64,000 nucleotides of DNA from assembly GCA_002269645.1 (NCBI GenBank), contig NIVC01000126.1, forward strand, positions 868,001-932,000, given 5' to 3'. Source of the DNA: Macrostomum lignano. Lineage: Eukaryota. The notes under the pieces were generated by a model that worked only from the letters and a program-made list of their open reading frames with translations, did not search any database and was not told the DNA's origin. The position numbers and the translations under genes are program-made. Below are positions 42,914 through 55,300 of the stretch, in pieces. Position 1 is the stretch's first letter. Every line of letters begins with the position of its first letter.

Positions 42914-43666
42914 TGACAGACAGACAGACAGACAGACAGACTGACAGACAGACAGACAGACAGACACACAGACACACAGACGGCAAACATTCTTACCCAG
43001 CGTCTTCATCTCGTTAGCGGACTTGGCATAGTAGAAGAAGCCCTTGTCGCACACGTACCACCGCTTGTGCCAGCCCTTCAGCGGGAAGCGCCGCCTCTTG
43101 AACAGATAGCCCTCGCACTTGGCCGGCGCTCGAAGCGCTCCAGCGGCGCTGGCATCTCCGACTCCGCCAGCTCTGCCAGCCGGGCCCGACGCTGCAGTGG
43201 CCGAAGCGCCGGACGCAGCCGCGTTGCCAGAAGTTCCGGCGCCAGACGAAGCTCCGCCAGCAGCGCCGGAACCGGGAGCGGCAGGTCCGATCGATGTTAA
43301 AATATCCCAACCCGAGCTGGGGCTCTTCCGTTTCTTCTGCTTGCCGTGGTGCTCCTGCTTTTGCTGCTGATGCTGTTGCTGCTGCATTTGCTGCTGCTGG
43401 GCGCGGCCGGCACCCACCGCGGCCATCGCCTGCGCGTAGGACAGCTCATCGTCGCTGTCCGAGTCTGTGTAGACTGTCCGGCCGGACACTACGGACACTT
43501 CGCTGGCCTTCTTGGCGTGTCCGAGTCGCTTGCCTATAGCGTCGCTGCCGGAACCGCCGTTGCCGCCTCCGCCGCCACCAGATGAAGACGCCGTTACCAT
43601 GGCAACAGAGTCCGCAGCAGATGAAGTCGAAGGCGTGGCAGAATGGTGATAATGATGGCTAGACAT
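28542..43666 (-). CDS. OSBPL3: Oxysterol-binding protein-related protein, ORP3/6/7 subfamily (PH, FFAT-like, ORD), 9 exons, about 1156 aa
   Basis: Exons (minus): 43666-42997 (acceptor further upstream at 43734, frame open), 40651-40268, 36146-35896, 35130-34948, 33004-32294, 31631-31098, 30355-30113, 29478-29198, 28755-28542. Phases are consistent; total 3471 nt. PH motif [18 protein letters not shown]; SSSNPNL; EYHDAAE; ORD motifs [14 protein letters not shown]|VSHHPP, NKFWGKS, TDTRFR|PDQR. Co-orthologous to OSBPL3/6/7. Exon 35130-34948 and the true start are less certain. Confidence 0.93.
28790..29170. repeat. About 57-bp tandem repeat (core CCCGATATGTATCGAAAA) in the last OSBPL intron
   Basis: About 6 imperfect copies with a 57-58 bp period. 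Confidence 0.85.
29512..30072. repeat. 23-bp minisatellite (GTCACTCATTTGAGCAGTGATTA)n, intronic
   Basis: About 24 copies read directly. Confidence 0.92.
30468..31060. repeat. C/A-rich repeat (CCCACCCACAAA / CCCACTCACAA), intronic
   Basis: Imperfect 11-12 bp units. The sense strand is G/T-rich. Confidence 0.9.
31760..32190. repeat. 24-bp minisatellite (AATTCCCCTCATCAGCTTCTTGAG)n, intronic
   Basis: About 17 imperfect copies. Confidence 0.9.
33150..33412. repeat. About 31-bp AGCGCC-rich tandem repeat, intronic
   Basis: Repeated AGCGCCAATTTAGCGCCATAGACAA units. Confidence 0.85.
34040..34580. repeat. 22-bp pyrimidine-rich minisatellite (TCTGTATCATTTCTGTCCTCTG)n, intronic
   Basis: Tandem copies with a recurring higher-order variant TACGAGTATC. 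Confidence 0.9.
35290..35790. repeat. 62-bp tandem repeat, about 8 copies, intronic
   Basis: Unit ATAGCAAACCTGAGCTGCTTAGCAACGGATTATTTACCTTGGATACGGTATTATCTAATAAT; unit starts at 35353, 35415, 35477. Confidence 0.95.
36244..36608 (-). mobile_element. tRNA-derived SINE, family A, copy 2
   Basis: Reverse complement matches 55945-56303 over its full length. A box TAGCCCAGCGG, B-box-like GGCTCGATTCC, A-rich tail. Decayed 13-bp TSD (TTAAGAACTACAT / TTGAGACCTACAT, 11 of 13 identical). Confidence 0.85.
37115..37745. repeat. 24-bp minisatellite (CCAGTCTCCATCATCTGCAACATC)n, intronic
   Basis: About 25 copies with a gradient of variants. Confidence 0.93.
38555..40075. repeat. 22-24 bp CT-rich minisatellite (TCATGTCTATCTCTCTCTATCCTC)n, intronic
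   Basis: 1.5-kb array read directly. Confidence 0.93.
40723..41020 (+). mobile_element. tRNA-derived SINE, family B, copy 1
   Basis: Head GGGGTTGTAGCCTAGTGG (A box) and GGTTCGATTCCC (B box), central GTGTCCTTGAGCAA…CACCCAGCTGCAAAATGGGTGCC, ending near AATAAA at 41008. About 135 bp shared with 52866-52995 (minus strand). Confidence 0.8.
41325..41950. repeat. Compound 42-bp / 20-bp minisatellite (GATAAAGGGTGATTCCCAAGGATAAAAGGTCGATTCTCAATC; GGACAAAGGGCGATTCCCAA), intronic
   Basis: Read directly; the unit changes at about 41700. Confidence 0.9.
42835..42980. repeat. (GACA)n microsatellite next to an OSBPL donor site
   Basis: Read directly. Confidence 0.95.
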
Positions 43667-43769
43667 GGTTGGGATTACAGTTGAAGCTGACGCGGTATTG
43701 GCTGTTGCTGGGGATTTCGAGTTTCTGGCACCTCCTGGAAATCATTATTTATCATTTTTTATAACTGGC

Positions 43770-44160
43770 TGACGGGGGGAATTGCTGATGGGGGAATTGC
43801 TGATAGGGGGATTGCTGACGGGGGAATTGCTGGCGGGGGGGGGGTTTCTGATGGGGGAATCGCTGACGGGGGAATTGCTGAGATTCCAAGGCTGATAGGA
43901 GGAATTGCTGAGATTCCAAGGCTGATAGGGGGAATTGCTGAGATTCCAAGGCTGACGGGGAGAATTGCTGAGATTCCAAGGCTGACGGGGAGAATTGCTG
44001 AGATTCCAAGGCTGACGGGGGAATTGCTGAGATTACAAGGCTGACGGGGAGAATTGCTGAGATTACAAGGCTGACGGGGGAATTGCTGAGATTCCAAGGC
44101 TGACGGGGGGGGGGAATTGCTGAGATTACAAGGCTGACGGGGGGAATTGCTGATGGCTTT
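43770..44160. repeat. About 30-bp minisatellite (GGGGAATTGCTGAGATTCCAAGGCTGACG)n just upstream of the first recognised OSBPL exon
   Basis: Read directly. Confidence 0.9.
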
Positions 44161-47100
44161 CTAGTGTAATTTCTACTTTCTACGTGTACAGTTTTTCCAT
44201 TCAATAAAATATAAGGACAAATAACTTACGCATTGATGCTTTTTTAATTATACAAAAGTTACAATAGCACAAAAAGTATAGAGGTCAATAAGTTTTAAAT
44301 ACCAAAAAACTGGACAGGAACTTTCCTATCTCTTAGAACTTTCTTATCTAGCTATGAAACCCCAATGCATGCACACTAGCTAATGCATACAAGTGACTCA
44401 AAATATTTAGCAAGGCCCAATATAAGCATACTTTGTACTCTGTCATTTCCTGATAAGGTTGCCGAAATTGGCTATAACAGTATGACGATGAATGATAACT
44501 TATTGACATAAATGTCATTGGCAATATTAATAATGTAATCTATAACTAATCAACATGAATGTTAATTGATTGCCATGTAACTTACCCACTTTATACTCTA
44601 TATAATTTCATGCTTGAACTTGATTATACATAGGTAAACTCTAGTCCAAATATCTTTGCAAGCAAGAAAATACAAGTGCAACCTCTAAAATTACACTGGC
44701 TATATAACTTACAATGTTTTGCAACTTACACAAAAACAAAGTAAAAAACATCAAATTTTTCCAAAAAAATAAATAATCAAATTAATATCAATTGGATAAA
44801 CTAGGTTGGCTAGCATTAGCATATGTATATATAATTCTAGAAGAAAAGTCTATAAATACTAGTAATCTTTTACTAATATAACTTCAGCTAAATTTTATTT
44901 TAACTTTTTATTTATCAGTTTGCTGTTTTATACTTTATTTTAACTACATATATACAATACCTAGCTACTAGTCAAGGTAAGTTGCAAATTTCATTTTTAC
45001 ATATAAGCATAACTACAAAAAGAGCAATGCAAAGGCAAGAGGGATAATAAGAGAGAAAGAAATAGGAAACATAAATAGAGACAACAAGAGAGAGGAAAAA
45101 GGAGAAAGAAAAAAAGATAAAGTTATATCTAGACTACTGAATTAAACTAAGTTGCTACTAGACTGAACTATGATGGCATGAACTATCTGTTATAAGCATA
45201 ATTTTAGTGATTTTAATATAATAGTCTCATAGAAAAGTATTATTGAAGCTGAAAAACATATAATAAGCAGGCGCAAAGCTAGGATTCATATCAAGAGGAG
45301 AGGGGACAGAGATATCAATTTATCTCTGTTATTAATAGAAGCAAAATACAAAGGCAATAAAAATCTCTTTCTTCTGGGAGAAAGGACATGTCCCCAATGT
45401 CCCCTGCCCTTTGCCATGCCCTGGCCCCATAATAATAAGCAATTAAATAATATGGCTTATACTATAAACATTACATTATTTATATTAATTAATAATTGCC
45501 ACTGTAATGTCTTATATTAATAGCATATTTTAAAAGCTCTTTTTTCTAATAGTATATGATTTTTCAGCTAAACCCTATTCAAAAGTACAACCAAAAATCT
45601 GTTAAGGAAGGTGTGGATTCCAGAAGGTAAAGACATGAGGGAGTGGAAAGGAGGTGGTTCTACTTTTGACAAAAGTTTGCTTGCTTTCCCTTTTGATTAT
45701 TTTCAAGTCTCTACCTAAGGGAGGGCAACTTAGGCCCTCCCAGCCCCACCCCATTGGTTGCGCTACTGCAGGGGTCGGCAACCTACAGCCCATTGGTTAG
45801 ATCCAGCCCACAATTTATCTCTGTTATTAATAGAAGTGAATTAATGATTTCGACGAAACTGCAGATCTTTCGGAACATCTCTAATAATCCTAAAGCGTGG
45901 TAAAATAGTTTGACATTGGTTAGATCCAGCCCACAAAGACTATGGCCCACGAATTTTCTTAATCTATATTATTATAATCTGGCCCATACCTTCATAGTAA
46001 CTTCATTATTTGGTCCACACATTTTTGCCCCCTAAGTAATGAGTTATGAGACATGAACTTAGTGTGAGTGGCTATTTATACAGTCTAGAGTCTAGACAGA
46101 CAACACATCAGTTCAAACTTCGAATAGAATAGAAATAGGGGAACTGCCAGTGAAGGAAAATGATATGCTGGAGCTGGCCAACAATATGGGTCACCAATTA
46201 ATATACATTGATAGGGCTGACCCCTATAGGAAAAAGTTGTAAAACCGCGGACGGTGTCCGGCGCACTTTTGAAATTTTTCTAAACTGCAGCGCGCGCACA
46301 GGCGCATCGCCTGCACGCGCGCTGCCCTTTCTTACTGGTTGCTGTTCTAGCAAATACATATACATGGAAATGGGTATAATACCTCTGTTGAAGGGGCTTA
46401 TACACTCGTAATTTATTAAGCTTAGAGATGTTCCAAAAATTCAATTTCAATTTTCCAAATTTTTTTAGAGCAAATTTCAATTTCGAAAAAAATTTAGAAG
46501 TGAAAATTTTGGTAGTGTCTAAAAAGTCGCTAAAAATAAACTAATTTCTACTACATATACATGTATTACTTTTTGGCTAAGCAGTAAATTGAAAGTAAAA
46601 AAGTAAGTGTTGGTCATACTAAACTTTGTTTTTCTGAATTATGATTTTGGGAAATTTTGATTTTGATTTTGGAAAGTTAGCAAATTTTGATTTCGACGAA
46701 ACTGCAGATCTTTCGGAACATCTCTAATAATCCTAAAGCGCGGTAAAATAGTTTGACTCTTTTCTAAAGCGCGCATCCGCGGGTTTTTAACATTTATTCC
46801 AATAGGGGGGCTGACTATACAGTGGAATCAGACTTAATTCTTAGAATGCATCTAATTGTATTAAAAGGTGGCTCCTATATTGTGGCAAAAATGTTGTTAT
46901 GATTTAGTAACTCAATGTACTTGCCTATACTATAGCTCTCTCTCTCCCTCTGCCAACCCTCCCCACCCCTTCCATGCTAGCAACTTATTGTGGGCTTTTT
47001 TATAAAGTCAAATTTTATAAAGTCAAAGTTAAACTTTGGTGCCACTGCACTAGACCTAATAAATTGATGAATTTATTATTGAAGTTGTTTGTTTATCCAG

Positions 47101-48999
47101 CCTTTGTCTACAATTTTCTCATCCCTGATTACTATTATTCTTCCTCCTCTATGCTCTCTCATTGGCTGTCACTGTTATCTGCAATCCTTGTTTTCTACCC
47201 TGTCGCGTTCTGCGTGGCTACAGCCAATCCCTGCTTGCTCTCTCTGCCCCATTTTATACTGACAATATTTATTGGCATGCTCTTCTTTTTCCCCCACTGA
47301 CCCTTTGATCATTCTTCTCTGGCTCAGACTTTGCTGCTTTGACTATAACTAATATAAACAATATACAATTGTAGCAATTGTATTTAAACATAGATGCCTA
47401 GAGTGCCAAGTTGAACAACTTGTGCCATTGTAAGTATCATTCTGCTTCTGTTATTGTAGGTCAAGTGCTATTAGGACATCGTCACCAAGGCCTATGCATT
47501 TGCTGCAACCCTGGTTGCCGGCCTACTGCCTGCATGTTTGTGTGACAGTGGGTTGGCAAGTAGCAAGACTGGGGCTGAGTTCCCTTGCTTGTACAGAGTG
47601 CAAGACAAAGCCAACTAGACCACTAGTCTACTAGCTAGTCTTGGGATACAATAATATGCTTGGTCCCCCCTTTGATTTTCTTCAGGTCTCTGCCTAAGGG
47701 GAGGCAACTGCTTCCCACCCCCTTCAGGCCTCGAGGTGTGCCCCTGTGGCCTGTGGTCTTGGACTGAAAACCTTATCTGGCCCTTGAATGGAAAAAGGTT
47801 GCCAACCCCTGCGCCAGGTTGTAGATTATGTAGTAGTGTACGCTGGAACAAGAATCCTAGCTCATCTAAATGTATACTAGTGTATGCCATAAACAAAAAA
47901 TTTCCCTAAAATTTACACCAAAAATTTCTTCTAAAAAGGTCATTTGGTTTTTACAAGTAGTTTTCTAAAAAAGGCTTTTGTACAAAAAGTCTTTTTAAAA
48001 TATTACCAATATTTTCATTTTAAACAAATTTAAATTATACCTATAGAAATAATAATGCAAAATTGATGCTCTTAACAATAATTTATACTAATTTAATTTA
48101 TTGTTAATTTTTAAAGAGCTAAAAGTTTATAATGCCTAGACTTTTTATACTATACAAATTTTCTTTTACTTTATAGTGAAAATATTAATTTATATTACAA
48201 TTTTTATGCAAGGCATCTTTTGCTTTGATGCCAATCCTGCTGATGCTGCCTGTGTAGATAAGTGCCATGAATTTATTCACCAAAGTTTGTATCCAAAAAA
48301 GTATGTCATTGTGTTACTTGTGTATACCAATAGTGTATGCCAACAAAGCGCACCAAGGTTGTGTACGTTGATTGTGTATACTAAGGACTTAGGGTTGCCA
48401 TTTTGTATACCAAAAAGGTTCCAACATACATGCATACCATCCGCAACCTGGCCCCTGTGCTACTGACTCTATTAATTAAGATGTTCAACTAGTCTAAAGC
48501 TTGCATTTTAATAAAATATATTTTTGAGAATAACCTAGAGTTCTTTGAATTTTTGTTGAAATAGAGCTAGGCCTAGAGTTAATATCATTAAAAATCAGAT
48601 CATTAGGTTCTATTAATCTTCTAGGTAAACTATGAAATTATAACATAATATCATTGCCCGATTCTTATTGTCATTTTGACTTCGCATTTTATAAACATTT
48701 CTACTACTATAACTTATTGGCTCTATTTTGTTTGATTAAAAAATGATAAAGCCCCTAATTTTCTGTGAATGCACAATTTTATAAGGCTAGCTTTCCAACC
48801 ATAGGCCTACAAAAACAATGACATAGTTTCCAATCATAACAATGAAAACCAAATATTCTTCACAGTACATTTTCTCATAGTTTAATGTACTTTATTCTAC
48901 TCAATGCAATTGGCTTGCAGAGTTATTCAATTGCAAAGAAACTTAACTCTTTAGGCCTATTCACATTTATCTTTCGCAAGCATATTGGCAAGTCACAAG

Positions 49000-49189
49000 T
49001 AGGGATTCCAATCCCGGGATTGGGGCCAAAAATCCGGGACTGGAATCCCGGGATTTTTTTGGGAATCGAATCCCGGGATTGCAAAAGCACCGGGATTCCG
49101 GGATTTTGAATCCCGGGATTTCAACAGCATCGGGATTTCGGGACTATTCAATCCCGGGATTGTAAAATGTCGGGATTTTGGAATCCCTA
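49000..49189. mobile_element. 190-bp MITE with 12-bp TIRs and a 6-bp TSD
   Basis: TAGGGATTCCAA…TTGGAATCCCTA. CACAAG duplicated at 48994-48999 and 49190-49195. Interior built from palindromic AATCCCGGGATT modules. Confidence 0.85.
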
Positions 49190-49785
49190 CACAAGATCCG
49201 ATCACTGCTGAACTGAAGACTGAAGTCCCAAATAGTACAATTATCTGACTTATCCCTAATGCGTTGCAATGTAACGAACATTTTCTAGCTGCCGTTAGAA
49301 AAAAATGCTACTTAATTTTGTATCTCTACCCACATAACATCAGGCTAATTTCAATAACAACATTAACAAGTATCTTTTTTGTTTACACAGACAGTTTATC
49401 AAGACCATATCCGAGGTCCGAGTGAATTAATGATTCTGGAGTTCTTATAAAAATGAGCAGACCGAACTCCCGCCCACTTAACTTTGCATCTATTTTGTTT
49501 GGAATAACAAAAACAATACCATGGTTTTTCTGTCACTTGTATCAATGTAACAGAACAAATACAAAAAAAATTTAAAAAACAAATTTTACAAGGTTTCTTT
49601 TTCAATGGTAATATCTTTTTTAATGAAGCACAGTCGTTTCGGGTTAAGGGTCATTTAGACGAAAAGTCATTTCGTCGAAAGACGTTTGAGCGAAGAAATT
49701 TACCAAATAGTTTTCTATGTTTTTGTTTGACCTTCGAGTACCTAATTTTCAGCTTTAGCATTCCGGTGATATTCCGGTCAAAAAT

Positions 49786-49892
49786 AGAGTTAAAGTGATC
49801 TTGCTCAAGGACACAAATTGTTTTGAGTTGGTCGAGAATCGAACCTCCAACCTTTCAAACATGAGTTCGACACTCTAACCAAGGACCACTGT
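49786..49892 (-). mobile_element. SINE family B, 5' fragment
   Basis: Reverse complement GGTTAGAGTGTCGAACTC…GGTTCGATTCTCG…GTGTCCTTGAGCAAG matches the head of 40723. Confidence 0.7.
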
Positions 49893-51127
49893 ATATAGTG
49901 GTCCTTGCGTTGAAGAAGGAGAAACTGCTTAGCTGAAGCGCCAGCCGGTATATAACTTGCTTGCTGACAAATGACAGCTTGAAAGCTTGAATAAACAAAT
50001 AATTATAAGAATCAGGAAGAGCTGTTCACTTAGCGATAATCAGAAAATAGGAACTCAGAGAGATATCTTAATTTAGTTTATTTTGTAGAACGAACAAACA
50101 AGAGAAAAAGAGCAACAACAAGAGAGTACAGAGAAACAGCCTACCTAAAAAAGTTTTAAACAGTTTAAGCAAGTGCAACGACAAAACAAAAATAGAAAAT
50201 AACCAAGTTAAAAAGTTAAAATTTTCTTGTTCAGGTTTTGAGTTATTATATTCAAACAAGGTTATACATGTATCGAAATAATGTGAACATGTGAATAATT
50301 TTAGCATCAGCGGTGCCACTTGATAGCCGGCGTAATTACGACGCAAAACGATCGCCTTGATGAAATCAATCCTCCACCCGGCCCTGCTTGATGCCCGAGT
50401 TACCGCCAGCTACGGCCATGGAAACTTAACAATGAATATTTTTCAGCAAAAAAATTATCCCTAGCTTCAATAAATCTATTGATTTTAGGGCTGTCATTGA
50501 CCAATTTAATGATCATTTTTTAGCATTTTCTGCACGAGGCCCCCGGCAAAAAAGATTTGGAGCGAGACAGTCGGGGGCCGGGGGCCGCTGTACACCCCCT
50601 CCCCCTTGGGATGCCTGCGGACCTGCTGGCGGATGACAGATTGCTTCTGTCATTAGCGCTGAGGCCAATACTTTTCATGGCAGCCTCTGGAAGTCAGCTT
50701 TTTGAGTTGAGAGCTGCTCAAACCTCCTCCCCACGAGAAGTCCAGTCTCTCAGTCTCTTGTTTCCTCCACCTCACTCCATCATCTGGTTGCATGGAAATA
50801 GGAAGCATCATTTCGTGTGCAGCTGGATGCGCAGACCTGCATAGCCCCATTAATACACTTGCGGTTGGTATGGCGGAAACAGTATCGGTTCTAGGCAGAC
50901 TGGCTAGATTTTGTGTCATGAGAAGTTACGAACTGCGCTCCTATTGGCTGAGCCACTTGGCTGGGAGCAATATTAGCCACTTGGCTGGTAACAATAGCCA
51001 AACTCAGGAGGCTGGAAGAGCACAGAGGGTGAGAGCACAGTGGGTGAGAAATTACATGTAGATGAGAGAGAATGAGAGAAGAGAGAAGAGATGAGAGCTG
51101 AGGTGAGAGTACGAGGAGAAAGAAGAG

Positions 51128-51150
51128 TAGTATTAGTAGTAGTAGTAGTA

Positions 51151-51243
<93 letters not shown>

Positions 51244-51255
51244 CAGTAGTAGTAA
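51128..51255. repeat. (TAG)n microsatellite
   Basis: Read directly. Confidence 0.95.
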
Positions 51256-52387
51256 TAACAACGCAGAGAGGACTCAAAGAGAGAGCCCTTGTGCACAAGC
51301 GCTAGCGGAAAACCGAGGAGGGATCGGCGCATGTCCTCCCTAGGAGTCAGGTACAGGACGCGCGGATCGTCAGTAAAAGTCCTTGGCCGGTCACAAACAG
51401 GCAAGTAAAGGACTCAAAGCAGAGCCAGATTTGCAAAATTATCCATGAGCAGCATTAACCGAATCGAGCTAATAAGGAGTTGAGAGAGCAGTAGCTAAAA
51501 GAAAAGAGAGCTGAGCAAGCTAGATTGCTATTGTAAATTCTGTAGAACTTTCTGTTTTTACTGTAAAAACAACTGCATTCCCATGCGGTTCCCACGCACG
51601 AACGCGCGAATTTACTTGTTTTCGGTCTAATTTTGGACATTTAACACTAGTAATATAATACGAGGCATGGTAAAAATGTGCTGCGATGGTAATTTTAACT
51701 TATTTAGAAAATAGCAAAGTAACCCACCATGCACAGGTACATGTACATGCATACTGCAAAAATACATACACGCAAACAAAGGAGTGCGTGTTCAAGTGAA
51801 AATATGCAATCGGCTTAGGGACGCCAGCTGAATATGGCTGGACATTTTACAGCCCTTTTGATTTGAAGCCCATTATCCTTTTATAACAATGTTAGCGACA
51901 CCTTACATGTCCATGTATTTGCTTGTGCATTTTTTATGATTTGCATGAGCCATATAATATTTCGAACTATTTTCGACTAGAAATAAACGTCACAATTAAT
52001 TTATTTCTTCAAGCTCTCCGTGTCTGTTAAACAATACCACAACACGACATCAAAAATCAGTTTAGTGATTAATCAAAGATAAACCAACGTGTAATATAGT
52101 GGAGCCGCAGCCTACTGAAATACCTGCGGGAACGTCTTGATTGATTTTGTAGGGGCACATGCCAGTCAAAATTTGGGAACCGGACATGTATAAAGTTATG
52201 AAAAATAGATTATAGGTATTGAAACTACAACATATATAAAATCGAATCGAACTGATAACTGATTATTATTAGTCTGGCGACAACATTTATGTCACGATAT
52301 AAGACAGTTACATTTAGATCTTAAAGTTTTATCGCTCTCAATCGTAATTCACTCTGGTGTGTTTTTCAATTCGTTCAAAAATTAAAT

Positions 52388-55300
52388 TTAGTCTGCATTG
52401 TTGACATTAGAAACTCCATTAGTAGGTGCAGTGGCGTTGTCGCCTCCGCTTCCGCCGCCGTCATCAACGCCTTGAACTCCTCCGCCGCCTCCGACATCTC
52501 GGCTGCCGCTCCGGTTCGACAGCGGTAGGGCGCCACCAGCAGCGGACACTCTTGGACTGCGGCTTCGCACAAGGATAGCAATCTGTTAAGATGGGTTGCC
52601 ATGGAGATGCTCGACATTTTAAAGTGCGCTGGTCCAGCTGTATGAGGCTTTGTTCCAAATAAAAAAATAATCAATTGACTCTAAAGGCCTGATTATATGA
52701 TATCAACCTTTTAGAAAAAAATGCGCTTGTAATAAAAATTGATACTAATTGATTACACCTGCTGCTTTAGTGGCCAGATGTGCAACCGACAGCTCAGCCG
52801 CAGCTATTGCGCGGAGCATCTGAAGGCTGCGTACGGCTGTTCAGTCCAAGGGGGTCGACACACACAGCCTCAATTACCCCAGCTAATGCTGGCACCCATT
52901 TTACAGCTGGGCGAATTGAAGCAATGCAGAGTTAAATGTCTTGCTCAAAAACACGAATTTTTCCGAGTAGGTCGTGAATCGAACCCCCAACCTTTCAATC
53001 GCTCTAACAATCAGGGTACAACCCCCTCTAACCAATAGGCTATAACCCCCTAACCAATAGGCTACAACCCCCTTTAACCAATAGGCTACAACCCCTTTAA
53101 CGAATAGGCTACAACCCCTCTAACCAATAGGCTACAACCCCCTCTAACCAATAGGCTACAACTCCCTGTAACCAATATGCTACAACCCCCTCTAATTAAT
53201 AGGATACAACCCCCTCTAACCAATAGGATACAACCCCTCTAACCAATAGGATACAACCCCCTCTAACCAATAGGATACAACCCCCAGCTCTAACCAATAG
53301 ACTACAACCCCTTCTAACCAATAGGATACAACCCCCTCTAACCAATAGGATGCAACCCCCAGCTCTAACCAATAGGATGCAACCCCCAGCTCTAACCAAT
53401 AGGATGCAACCCCCAGCTCTAACCAATAGGATGCAACCCCCAGCTCTAACCAATAGGATGCAACCCCCAGCTCTAACCAATAGGATGCAACCCCCAGCTC
53501 TAACCAATAGGATGCAACCCCCAGCTCTAACCAATAGGATGCAACCCCCAGCTCTAACCAATAGGATGCAACCCCCAGCTCTAACCAATAGGATGCAACC
53601 CCCAGCTCTAACCAATAGGATGCAACCCCCAGCTCTAACCAATAGGATGCAACCCCCAGCTCTAACCAATAGGATGCAACCCCCAGCTCTAACCAATAGG
53701 ATGCAACCCCCAGCTCTAACCAATAGGATGCAACCCCCAGCTCTAACCAATAGACTACAACCCCCTTTAACCACTAAGCTACAACCACCTCTAACAACTA
53801 GGCTACAACCTCCTAAGGTGTAATAAATTATCGTTATTATCATTAATGCAGAACGATGTCATAAAAACAAAGACCTTAGGAGCGAAGACCAGCAGCACTG
53901 TGGTTGTAGCGCACACGATGATGCAGCAGCTGAGCAGCTGATGACGCAAGTCGATCGAACCAACTGGCAGAGCGAAGTCCAGCACCACTCCAATCAGGCC
54001 CATCACAGTCGTATTGTAAACGCAGATGCCAATTGTTTTCGAATCGTTGAGCGCCTCCACGTGCACCGTACGGGTCTCCCATGCAAAAAATATTCCAAAT
54101 AGAAGAAATACAGCTGCCAATTGACAAATGTTGTTGGAGTGGTCAGTCAGGTTGATGCAAAAGTTAAGTTCTGCTCTTTTAAGTCTTGTTCATTAAAGTA
54201 GATTAGATCAGATTAGATTAGATCAGATCAGATTAGGTTAGATTAGATTAGAGAAGATTAGATTAGACTAGATTAGATTAGATCCGATCAGATTAGATTA
54301 GATTAGATTAGATTAGGTTAGATTAGACTAGATAAGATTAGATTAGACTAAGATTAGATTAGATCCGATCAGATTAGATTAGATTAGATCAGATCAGAGT
54401 AGGTTAGATTAGACTAGATAAGATTAGATTAGACTAGATTAGATTAGATCCGATCAGATTAGATTAGATTAGATTAGATCTGATTAGGTTAGATTAGATA
54501 AGATTAGATCAGATCAGATTAGATTAGATTAGATCTGATTAGGTTAGATTAGATAAGATTAGATTAGACTAGATTAGATCAGATCAGATCAGATTAGATT
54601 AGATTAGTTGAATTAGATTACATCAGATCAGATTAGATTAGATTAGATCAGATATATTAGGTTAGATTAGATCAGTTAGAATAGATTAGATTATATCAGG
54701 TATATTAGGTTAGATTAGATTGTAGCGTACTTTAATAACTTTCTCGAAATTTCGTTAGATTTCTAAAGTCAAAAAGATTTATATTTCCAGAAACTTCTTC
54801 AAGTTAGCATCTTATCTATAACATACGCATATAAATAGTAAATAATTATTTATTACTTAACTGTTGATATTTTACTCGTATTTGCGTAACGTATATAATT
54901 AAGTGTTTAATCGCTTTGTTAAGATGCGCTCAATCTTTCTAGAAATTTCCGGAAGGCAGTTACAAATCTATAAATATACGGCGGACGGCAGTGACCCGAA
55001 TCACCTTCCCCTTGTTTTCTCTTCGATCTGGTTTCCGTTGATAAACTACCAAATGAACCACCGCCTTGCTCTCATTCAATAACCAACAAAGACTTCTACA
55101 AGATCAGTTAGAATAGATTAGATTAGATAGGTTAGATTGAAAAAACTAAATTAGATTAGACTAAATAGCTTGGATTAGTTACTAAAACAGTACTCGAAAA
55201 AATGGTTAAGAACAGTACTCGGACATGTAAAATCCCTTTACTTTTCATGCCAACTAGGATTCCTTTCCAGAGCCAATTGCTGGACGACCGACAGACCGAC

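Noticed and set aside
46220-46810. Imperfect ~35-bp inverted repeats (CCCCTAT(A/T)GGAA…CCGCGGA) suggesting an old MITE
   Set aside because: The match is gapped and no TSD is identifiable. The same applies to a CCAGGTTG-ended segment at about 47815-48462.
50973-51404. Protein-like stretch MPVCDRPRTFTDDPRVLYLTPREDMRRSLLG as a possible upstream OSBPL exon
   Set aside because: No convincing donor, and the frame runs into a (TAG)n microsatellite.
52375-52674. Alternative reading frames for the last receptor exon (ORFs 52375-52674 and 52464-52658)
   Set aside because: The 52375 frame has no phase-0 acceptor. The 52464 frame (atacag|CTG) gives an implausible Cys/Trp/Arg-rich tail. The ttaacag|ATT frame gives a helix-8-like IAILVR after PK.
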